A stretch of DNA of 64,000 nucleotides from the NCBI RefSeq assembly GCF_021028975.2, contig NC_059427.1:125922001-125986000 (forward strand), given 5' to 3'. Under the pieces are notes generated by a model. The model was not told where the DNA came from, made no database searches, and was given only the letters and a program-made list of their open reading frames with translations. Position 1 is the first letter of the stretch; the number at the start of each line of letters is the position of its first letter. The stretch comes from Sphaerodactylus townsendi (Eukaryota). Of this stretch, positions 38,401 through 50,400 are shown piece by piece. A program made the position numbers and the translations under genes.

Positions 38401-41400
38401 AAATCTGGCATCCTAGACAATGCAATGACAGGTCTCTCATATGCCATCAGCCACGGCAGTGAGAAAAGTAATATCAACTGACAGCAATACCCAGGCAAAC
38501 AGATGCTGGAGATGAACCCAGAAGAGGGACAATGTCAGTCCCAGCTGACCCCATCAGGATTCCCTATCTGGCCTGCAATGGATTATTGCTGTTATACTGA
38601 ACAAAATTAGGACCCTGGTTGTTCACAGGCCTTCAGATGCTGCCAAAAATTTGTATTCTGAGCATAGGTAACATAAACTTCAGCAGCTTGCAAAGCTCAC
38701 CTATGATACAGAAGTAAATATGACATCTTCACATTTTTCTGTGACTCGGATTATGTATCTGAGCCAGAAAAAAACTCTCCTTCCTGCCCACTGCGCTTGT
38801 GGTGATGGTATGGTGGCAGCATGGTGTGTGCAGGCTGGAAAAATGGGTGCCAATCTCAGGTGTGGCCTGGCAATCTCCTGGAATGACAGTTCATCTCCAG
38901 ACTACAGAGACCAGTTCCCTTAGAGAAAATGGCTGTTTTGGAAGATGGACTCTATGGCGCTACACCCTGCTGAGGTCTCTGCCCTCTCCAAACTTCTCCC
39001 TCCGCAGGCTCTACTCCTTGATCTTCAAGAACTTCCCAATCCAGATTCGGCAACGTTACTGGCAAAACAGCCGGACATTTCTCTCCCTTTCCCTTTCCCA
39101 TCCCCATGCTCTCTCTCTTTCCTTGCCTTGGACGTTGTTTCAGCACTGTCTTGTTTCAGCACTGTCTAAGGCATGCCCAGAACATGCCTGGAAACGCAGT
39201 ACTCAGTGCCTGATGTTCAACCATCTCAGACTACATTTCCCAAGATCCTCTGGGCACACACTGAATGCTGCCAAAATTGACTTTAAAGGCATTGGGGAAG
39301 GGAGGGGAATTTCTTTTTGATCTCCTGTCAGCAGCCTATTCCTCCAGCCATTACCAGCTCTACAAAGTCAGCAGAGGAAGAATGGAGGAAAGAACTGAGT
39401 CAATCATTTTGTGCTTGGAATTGGTGCTGAAAAGGCTGAGCTATTTGCTAGTTCTGTTCTCTGAGCCCTTCTCTAATGCTTAACTTACAAGAAAAAATAG
39501 CTTATTTATCTACTCTCTGCCTGCTGCTACTTCTAGTCAACCCTTAGAAGTCTTAGAAATTGTATATTCTGTAACAGCCATTTGCTTTTGCCGTTAAACC
39601 CCTGAACATCAGCAAGGAACATAAGAGAGATACCTAACCACATTCAAGAGCAGCTGGATGTTCCAGGTGCATTCACACAATCTAGCATATCATAAATATC
39701 CTTGCAAAAGCTGCAAGTTATCCCCTTACAGCCTAAAGTGCAAATTACCCCTTCCCATACAGCCCATGGCCACTGTAACTCCTTGCTCAGTGCAAACAGG
39801 TAAAAGACTCACCTTGACATAACAGTAGTAATGCCCTGCATGGCAGCTGTATCCTGAATGCACAAGCACAGCATAGAGCCCATACATGACAGGGTCACCA
39901 CTGCTCTGTGACATATAAGGACGGATGTTCAGGAACTCAGGATAGCCCACATCCTGAAAGAAACATAATTTGGCCTTCATGAGCAACTCTCTCAATCAAT
40001 TTGAAATCCCTCTTCGAGTATACAGGTCTACAACTGGGAAGCACAAGGGCCAAGAGAGTGACACTGCATGTAAGTAGTCCAGGTAAGTCAACCAGGATTT
40101 CTCCTAGCTTCAACAAGACCATGCTGGGTCTTGGCATCTACTTCAACAGGAGTCAGTACCATGATATCCCTTTCAGAAAGACAGTGGCTTGGTTTACAAC
40201 CAAAACAATCTTGGAAGAAGTTGTAAGGCACTGTTTATGCCACAGACCATACATACAATTTGCAGCAAACGGCACCTTGCTGTTGCAATCCTTTTTTGGG
40301 GGAAGGAGTAGGGAGGTTGGATATAACAACGGCATATTTCCATTTTGAAATGGGGATTTGTAAGGGCAAGCATAAGGGTTGGACCCAGCCATTGCCACTG
40401 TTTCAAGGTTTCTTAAGAGGGGACTCTTTCAGGCAAACTTCCTGCTTTCAGATGTCCATACCTTGGTGATTTTGCCTCCACTAAAATTGGCAAAGCGCTT
40501 GAGGGAGATTGTGAGTACATTCGAAGCCCGATGGATGGTGAAGCGCTTGGTGGCTGGCACCTTCTTTTTGCATCTACATAGAAAAGAGGAAAGACAACTA
40601 TGTCATCATTCAAAACATTGCATCCTTGCTGTAGCAAGTAAGCAGAAGATACCGCAAATGCCCATTGATTGCTGTTTGGCTATGCAACTGTCCCTTGCAC
40701 ATATAAATATGTTCAGAATTCTGAGGAGGGTACTTTCCTATACTCCAGTCCAGCCCCATGTGTGCTATACAAAATATCTAAGCATTCAGCGAAAACAATC
40801 TGATATCAAAGAGAAAATAAACGTATCCAACATAATATACACATTTGCTCCTCTGCTGTTTTTCTAACGGCTAGGTGAACTTCCACTCCTTTTCCCTCCT
40901 TTTGCTTCTACACACCTCATTTTTAATAAATAACTAGCCACTTCAGAAACTGCAAGCAGAACACATTGGCTTGATTGTTTTGGAGCAAGGTTCTGGTGCT
41001 AGAGATATGTTTCTATTTTAAATTACTGGGGGTCAGAGAAGAGAGAATGGTGAACACAACAGGTGGAGCATAAGCCTAAAACACAACTTACTTGGCACAC
41101 ATGTAAGCATTCTCCCCACTCAGCACATCTGCCTTTACAAACAATTCCAGTGCACGCACAATGTTGGCAGCCTGCTGTAATAAAAAGACCAGAGAAGAGC
41201 TATTCAGTGGAATCTCCTACCTAACCCTATGACCAGCCAAAGAACCAAAGCCGCTACTCAGCTGATCACTACTCCCTACCCTTTGGGACATAAGCCTTGG
41301 GAAAGTGTTTGGCCCTCTTCCCAGCTTGGTCAGGCCTGGTTCTTTGGAAGGGACATGATTCATATGCTCCAGACCTTCTAGCAACTAGGTATTCAGCTTA

Positions 41401-44400
41401 TAAACAACGGCCTTCCCCCCTCTTATACTCATAGCATTCCTCCTTCTACATGGAGTCACAAACCTGCTTACTCTAGGAAATGATTAATCCCAAATGTAAA
41501 CAAAGCCCTTGAGATAATCTCTTTAAGATCCATGAAATGCATTCAGATATCCAGAAGCGTATTGAGGGGAAATGGCACCCAGGGGCAACACCTCCTCCGG
41601 GTGCCCCCCCCCGGCTCAGGGGTGGGGGACAGAGCTCTGACTGAGCCCCCCCCCCCCCTCCGCCTCTCTGCAGGCCAGCTCCTGCCATCCCCAGGGCCTG
41701 GGGAGGGCAAAAGCCGGCCTGCACAGAGGCCAAGGCAGGCGGCCTAGGCAGCTGCCGCATCCGGCCGCAGCCAAGCCCCCCCCTACAGGGCTCAGTGGTG
41801 TGTGGCTGGGGCACATGGCATTTTGTCATGTGGGGGGGCACCCGGCACCCTCCCACGTGATTGAAAGGCGTGCACCTGGGGACATGGGTGACCCCAAGTC
41901 CCTTAGGCCGTATGCTCTGCAGATATCCACTGTTTCTGTAACTTTAATATATACTACTACCAAATGGTTAAGTTTCCCTTGACAAACTCCAAAAGCAAAA
42001 CAAATTAAAATACTGCATGCAATACCTAAATTACACTAATTAGTAACTCCTAGTTCGATTACAGATTTTTCCTCAGCTTGGATTATGCACCTAGAATTTT
42101 ACTGCTCCAAGATTTACTGCAACAATGGCACTATGGAAGAAGTGAGGTCCAACTCCATGGATATTCATATTGAAACAAATGATGGAATTCTTTAAGATGC
42201 CACTAGACTTTTGTTTCTTCTGCCAGTGCTTCAGTGCTGAGACCTTTAAAGTTGACTGTGGGTTTTTTCTACCAATGATCCTAAGAGTAACTTCATCACA
42301 CTAAGCACCCCCTTGAGGGCCATTTCCCCAGGAACTTTCTCCATTGCCGCTTTGCCATCTTCATTTTCTACAAGGGACCAAATTCTTACCTGCCATGCCA
42401 TCTGCTTATTATATTCCGCTATATATTAAATATCTTCCTGTCTCTACTGATACTACAGAAGTCAGGATTCCAAAGCTACTATGGGTCCATTCATTTTCAC
42501 AAATTCTCTACTGCTGCCACTTTTAAAAAAGCGGATGGAATAACTCTGCCATACCCTGATCTCCAAAGCCACATCCAGGAAGGGGTCATAAGTGTCAGAA
42601 ACACTCTTGCAAACAGAGCACTTCACTGCAAAGAAAGAAAAAAAAACAGTCGTTATCACTGGACTCAATGCTGCAGGCACAAAAGTGTTGAAAGTTATGG
42701 GACGGTAAGGGGATCTCCCAGCACCAAGATTCAAAATAAACTGGTCCCAGTATGCATAGCACCCTCAAAGATGCTTACTAAGCTAGTACTCCTCACCTCG
42801 TGATCGGAGGTAGCCGCCAAAGATCTGATGCACCAACGTAGTAGCCTGAGTCTGACGATCCAGCCTGGAGACATAAGTGCCAGAGAATTAAAATATGCTT
42901 CAGCAAATTTCCTAAATTATAATGTACTGCAAGACAAGTTCAGTATGACAGCCAGGGCACAGGGGCAGTCTAAAACAAAGGCTTTCCTCATTTGCCCAAA
43001 AATAAGCCCTATCATGATTTTTCAGGATTTTTTGGAGGATGCTTAAAATATAAGCCCTCCTCCCAAAATAAGCCCTACCGGTAGTTACAGATCACAATCG
43101 CGGACAATGCCCTGTGCTCCCTGCCAATGAAAATGCAGCTTGTGTCACACATGATGGGGGAAGCAACCAGTTGCCGAGAGCTCGTCCTTAATGAATTGTG
43201 AAGGTACCATATTTCCCCGAATATAATCCCTACCCCGAAAATAAGCCCTAATGCATCTTTTGGTGCAAAAATTAATATAATACCCTATCTTATTTTCGGG
43301 GAAACATGGTAGTACTGCTAGCTCACCTTCCTCTTTGGAGAAGGAAAGTGACCCAATCACTGAATAGTGATTTACTAAGTATAACACCATATCCCCTATC
43401 CATACCCAAACCAGTAATATATCAGGATCTAATCTTCCACTAAACATCCTGCAAGGTGGGGAGAATATTAAAAATTCCAGCTATTCAACCCGCCCAACTC
43501 CATGAGAACTCCAGCCAGACACACTGAGCTGTCCTTACTTGGTGTAACCATTGAGACAGGCCTTCTGCATGGCGTCAATGGTGTAGCGCAAGAACTCATG
43601 TGCATCCTCCTGACTGCCAAAACGGAAGTGCCGAGCAATCTCTGTTAGGGTGAAGAAGAAAGAGACGGATCTTTCCTCCTGTGCCTCTTAACACAGGTTC
43701 CACAGTGCCAGGATTATACCACTTACACTGGAATGAAGGAGGATCAGAAATTGTTTCATGGAAGCAGACCGCCATCCCACCCAAATCCAGATCCCACTGC
43801 AAATTCCAATTCTAATGCAACTAAGTAAAATTATGACTAGTACAACAGACAAATAATGTATGGGTACTAGCTACGATTTAGCTAGCTGAACAAATGAGAG
43901 GACCCAAATATCACTAATTCACAACTCTCTTGCTTATTTCTGTCATGCTTCAAGCTTCCTTCTGACTAGAAACTTGCTCAAGCCAATCATCTCAGCATTC
44001 CCTATCACAGTGTGTGCTCAAAAAACCAAGACATCGCTAGGAGTTTAAATAATGGGATTTCTGATCACTTGCCCTTAATAGACTGGAAAGCATCAGCAGG
44101 ATCTACAAAAGCCTCCAGAGCCTCACCCGAATACTTACTTTTAAGGTCTCGGATGAAGGACACCGGCTTGATGGCATTGCCACTGTTAGCAAAAGCCTGA
44201 ATCATGTGATTCTGCATAACGCACATCATACAGAAGCCTCCCTGGTGGCCTGGAAGGGAGGAAACCAAAAATAGTCTCACACATTTCAGAAGAATGCGCC
44301 TCTTTTAAGGACTGCAGCAAGCAATGATATGGTGGAGGGAACCCACAAACACATTAAAAGGTCTTGAAGGCACTTCAACAGCCCTCAGATGTAAAATTTC

Positions 44401-47400
44401 CAGAAACATTGAAGCCACAGGAAGGGGGGAAATCTTCATTTTTACAGATTTTTAGGGGCGGGGGCAGGGATAGAATTGAAATATACGTAATGTTTTGCAA
44501 TCAAATCTAAGAATCTTTTACTGGTAGAACAATATAAAATGCATAAAATATAACTTAGCATATAAAATATAACTTAGCATACAGTTTGGCGTATTCATGA
44601 AATTTAAAAGAACCAATGGCTTAATGATTTGTAAGAAAAAGTTCATGTACTACTCAAGAGTTACAAACTGCTGCACCCTATATCACCCCAGACATGTATT
44701 TTTATCAGCTGGATCAGTAGGAAAAAGTAGAAGTGAACGTGAAAATAAATTTTGTAGTATTTGAATAGAGTCTAAAGTCACAGTAGGTAGGACCAGCCAG
44801 CATGCTTAGATATTAAACGACAGGTTGTAAAACACAGAAATACCAAACTTTAAAATAATGTATCACCATTAAACATAGTACTGCTTATTAATTGTTCCCA
44901 ACATTTACACTGAAACAAACAAAAATTCTTGAAAATGTTGTGCAAGTCTACACTAAAAGACTATTTTTCCAATTCTCCCTAAAATTTCCCTACCTTTTTT
45001 GCTGACATAAATTCACACTGGTAAATGTGGGTGTTCGCAGGCTGAAAGGGATCAGGGAACAGACTAATGCTAGCTCTGCCCCCAGGAGCACCCTCTTTGG
45101 TGATGGCGGGCTTGCTGCTGCCATGGCTGCAATGGCACCATACATGGTACTGCTGCACCGCTTCCCAGTGACAGTGTAAGTGTCCCAGTGCCAGCGTAAA
45201 TGCCCATTATGCCAAACAAATGACATACACAAGCGCTGGGGTCATACCACCTCCTGAGTGGTTTCAGCCCCTCTCCTCTGGATCGCACTGTTAAGAGTAT
45301 GAAAAACCTTGATTTAAGAAGCATTTTATTCATGCTATAGGAGTTCCTTTTCAGTGACTCTCCCAAACGAAAAATCGGAAAAAGTCCTCAAGAAAAACTA
45401 ACCTCCCCCCCACATTTTTCTGAGGTCTTTGCATCTATGTAACAACTCTACAGCGGGGGGGGGGGGGGATGACAGGTGACCAGCTAATACTACATCATTT
45501 GTTTTGCCTATTGTTACAGAAGAAAGCAGAAAAAGAAAATGCACGTTTTAATGCAAGTGCTATACTTGCTTCAGGCATCTTCAACAAGAGCTGTACACTA
45601 TAGATGTGAAGTCTGGGAGAGGAGCTTTTTCTAATTTGTCCAAATAAAAACACTGGAAATTGGAGGGATTTTTTTAAAAAAAGCATTTGTGCTTTTAAAA
45701 TATCATGAACATGCCAAAGAGTCATCCTAACCAATAAAAGGCTAAGGTTGTGATGACAAACCCTCCCTCAATGAGTGAAATTCCATCCCTTCCCCTGCTC
45801 ACCTTCCCCCAATCCAGGAGAAATCCCCAGCACCCCAGCCTGCCTGCAGAGCAGTGGTGGCCTGGGGCCTGATGCTTCACAGGTCCACAGAAGCCCTCCA
45901 GCCTCCCTCCTACCCCAACCAGTGCCCCTGTGTCAGAGAGCAGCACCACCTTGGCAACCCCCAGCTCCCCTGGCCTGAAGAAGCCCTCTGCCTCCCCACC
46001 CACCTTCAAGAGGCCATCCTGGCTGGTGGAGAAGTGGATCGTGAGCGCATGCTGCTCTGCTGGCCCGCAAAGCCCTCCAGTCTCCCCACTACACCCCCAA
46101 CAGGCCCGCCCGATCCACAGAGCAGCTGTGCCTGACTGTACACTTCTCTACCAGCCTGCAAACCCCTCCAGCCTTCCCCATCCCACCCTCAACAGACCAC
46201 CCCTGCTGGCAGAGCAGCTGTACCTGGTTGCACACTGCTCTGCTGGCCCACAAAGCCCTCCCGCCTCCACACCCATCTCCAAAAGACCGGTCCCACTGGC
46301 AGAGCAGTGGCACCTGGCCACACGCTGCTCTGCCGATCCCGCAAAGCCCTCCCGCCTCCCCCGCAACATGAGGTGGAGGAAGCATTTTCTGAAAAGGTCT
46401 GCACCAATTGCTAGAACAAACAGGTCAGCAGGTAGCTTCTGGAAAGGATTAGAAATGTTCGTAACAAGCATCAAGTCACCTCATCACCTGTTCTCCCCCT
46501 TCCAATATAGCCACTAACAAAAAACACCACTCCTCCAACATGTTTCTTTGCTTTCTAAAAGGAAAACTGCGACTCCTTCAGTAATTATAATTTTTGCAAA
46601 GTGCTTCAACAGCTGATGCCTCTTTCTTTCTTTTTAGCATTTGACACTCTTACAAGTTTGAATTGTAAACCACTTTGGGAACCAATCTGGTCAAGAAACA
46701 GGCCATAAATATCAGTCAAATACAATCTGTTCTGCTGAGAAGCTCAAGAGACCAAAAAGGAAGAAGTGGTTTTTTATACCCCACTTTTCTCGACCAAAAG
46801 GAGTCTCAAAGTGGTATACAATCACCTTCTATTCCTCCCACCCCCATTCAACAGACACCTTATAAGGTAGGTAGAGAGTTCAGAGAGAACTGTGACTGGC
46901 CCAAGGTCACCCAGCAGGCTGCACGTGTGGGAGTGGGGAATCCAATCTGGTTCTTCAAATAAGATCTCGCCACTCATGTGAAAGAGTGGAGAAGCAAGCC
47001 CAGTCTTCCAGATTAGAGTCCACTGCTCTTAATACTACACCACGGTGACTGTAGGCAGTGGTTGAAGTTTTTGGAGCCTGCACATTAAACAGACAAGCAA
47101 TTTCAAAAGGCATAAAACCAGAGGTGGGATCCAACCAGTTCTCACCACTTCTCTAGAAGTGGTTACTAATTTTTTCTGAGGGCCGAGAAGGGGTTACTAA
47201 AGCAACCTCCCTGCCCAATAGGGACTGGAGGTGCGTGTGTGCGATTGGTGCCACTGTTTGAATCCCACCACCATCTGAACCTGTTATTAAAATGTTTGGA
47301 TCCCACCACTGCATAAAACCTACCTGTCTATCCAAATAGCTCCCTCAACAGTAGCTTTTGTCTATGTATACCTCACCCCAGCCATGCATATTCACCCTCC

Positions 47401-50400
47401 CAAGTAGAAGTCAACACTACTAGCTGGGATAGCATGGGTGCTGAGAGCAGAAACTCTCAACAAAGTGCTGGCTCTGCTCCTTTGCAGCTGTTTGCACAGG
47501 CTGCCAGACCCTCCCTGGAAGGATGAATGCACTGGCCTGTAAAGCAGCCACTTGGTGGAAAACATTATTCATAAAGACACAAGATGTATGGCCTCAACCT
47601 GCAAGCTGTCCTTGGAGCCAAGTATCCTGACCCCTTTTTATTCACTCACCCACCCAATTATCAAACAAGTAGAGGCCTTCTTTCCCTCAGTCTTGTAAAG
47701 CATCGCAACTCCATTACTACCACTGCAGAATAAAGCATTGAAGGAATTTAATAATATGAAACTAAGGGCCAAATGATCCTGAATGGTTTCAATTCCACAG
47801 AGGATCCAACTAAGTATGGCGTCATTCTTTATTACTAGCCTTCAAAGTCACTTTTAAGTGGATTTTTCTCATGCATATTTTAAAAAAAATCTCAAATACT
47901 CATGTTCTGGACCATTTGTAAGAAGAATTAAGTACCTAAAAGGTCAAAAAATTGCTTAAGGAGCCACTAAATATAAAACTACTAAATATAAAAAACACAT
48001 ATGTATTTGTTACAAATTAAAATCATCTACACTTGTGAAAGGCCCATAAGAGCCTAACTTATGCACACAATATCACAACGACAATACACAGAAGGGTCCA
48101 ATGGGACACTTTTTTGCCCCTTAAAAACAGACATATTTTGGCCAGTAGGCCTTCCCAGTGGTGATCTATTTGTTCTCGACTACAAGAATTTTCTATGACT
48201 GAGGCATTATAAGATTTTGCGCTAGCAGAATTGGACATGATTGGCACATTGTATTATACTCTTTAAGTGGACATGAGTTTATGTGGAAGACCTGGGTGCC
48301 AATTTAAACAACTCTTCAACAATTGGTCTCAGCTATTTTTTAAAAAAACAAACACTTTACAATTGCAATTTGTAGTCAGGAAGCTAAACACTGCATTACT
48401 TTTAACCACTGAGGAAGGCCAGTTGGCCAAAATGTGTCTGTTTTTAGGGTCAAAAAATGTCTCATTGGACCCTTTTGTGTATTGTAATTGTGATATTGTA
48501 AGTATAAGGAAGGCTATTATGGGTCTTTTGCAAGTGCACATGATTTTAATTTGAAATAAATAAGTGTATTTTTGATATTTAGCAGTTTTATATTTAGTTG
48601 CCCTTTAAAAAATTTCTTGATCTTCTCGGTGCTTAATTCTAGTTTTCTAGGGTTAAGTTTGTTCCATCCTCTTTTGTTTGTGCATCATTTGTAAGACAAT
48701 CCTAACAGTGGCATCTACAATTATTAAAATGGAGGAGAATTCTGTTTAATGGGAGAGTTTAAATAGCTCATTAAAAAGCCAAAACTAGTTACCCAGGGCA
48801 GAAATTTTCTGTAATGAAAAAAATTAGAACTGATATGGACTGGATCTGCGAACAACAATACTCATGCAAAGAGAGAAGGCAGGCCAGTAAGTTCCCTTTC
48901 CTCCTTAAGCCCCACCTTGCCACATGAGTTCTAGAGAGTGCCCATTCCAGCAGCAACTTTGGAGGAAAGTCATACGGAGTTGTTGGTAAAGCCACACTAA
49001 AATGCCTTTGCTTCTACAAATTCACTTCATTTGCTATTTATTTTTCTCTGAAAGCGTTCCTATTTCTAAAAACATATTTTTCATAATACTAGTTAGTAAT
49101 AAAATGTATTAATGTGAAACAAGTCAAAAAGGGCAGATCCAAAAACTGCAACTAACATTTTCCAGATAACTATCCCTAGGAAATAAATGAATGTGCAAGT
49201 GCATCTAGCAAACATCATATTTATACCACACATGTTTTATTGTTTTTTTCCCCAAATCAAATATTTTAGAGCTCCACTCATTTTGCTTATCAGGAAGTTC
49301 TTTTGAGGTACTTGTATAAAAACTATATTAGTAAGGCATGCTTTTGTTTCATTACCTAAATATTTTTGTGGGCTTTCCGGGCTGTGTAGATCTACCTGTG
49401 TGGCCAGACAGCCCAGAAAACCAGTTGAATCTGGCCATGAAAGCCTTCAACAATACACTAAATATTTTTATTTCATTACCTAAATATAAATCAAACACAC
49501 ATGTCAAATCTGATTCCAACCAGTTCAGGGCATAGACCACATTTCCTAATTCAAAGTTTTCTGGAAATCTCACATTTACTGTTCAAAAGACAGTAAGTTA
49601 TAGTCAGTAGGACAGTTTTATAGTTGAGATATTAGGTGACACTTGATTTTTTTGTGCAAGAAGAATGCTTCACCAAAGAGTTATACTACTAAATATCATT
49701 GGTTACGTTTAGTTGCTCCAGGATCGCCAACTGACAGGTACAATGGCCCTGGATGTAGATAACAGAATTATAGCAGCTTTTGCCTGATACAACTTCAAGG
49801 GTCAAATCACATCTACGCTTTGTGTCAAGGCACCAAGCAGCGCCTCACCCCTGCACAGAACACAACATTCCAAAGCCCCATCCCTGTACTCACAACTGCG
49901 ACTATGCTCCTTGGAAAGCAGGTAACTGGCGAGAGGTGGGGTATATGTCAGACACTGCAAGGTGGAGTTGAGGAAGCAGGTGTTGCCAAGGTTGTGGAGA
50001 CCAGCTCCAACACGGTACACCCGCTCCCATTTCAAGGACAGACGATCTACAGGAAAGAGAACCTTCTGTGGGGCTGGTACTCCATCACCTCCCAGCACAT
50101 GCTCAATGCCTGCCAGAAAGAGAACAGACCGGAATCAGCAAAATTAGCCACAACAGGAACAGAGCCAGATTCTTCAAATACAGGTACAGACAGGAGGTAC
50201 CTTGTTTCCGTCCAGATCCTTCCTCACAGCCTTTATGCCGACTAGAGTTTTCTGTCTTCGGGTTCAGCAGAACATATTTGCTTTTGAGGCTGTCCAACTG
50301 GTATGAAAAGCTTTTGGAGGCTGGTTCAAACTCAATCTTTTGCAGCAAGACCTTCTTGGCAGAAGCAGCCAACAGCTTGCCCAGCTCACCATCATCAGCA

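Noticed and set aside
45930-46517. 195-aa plus-strand ORF
   Set aside because: Lies in the C-rich degenerate tandem repeat, is internally repetitive, and has no recognisable domain or splice context.
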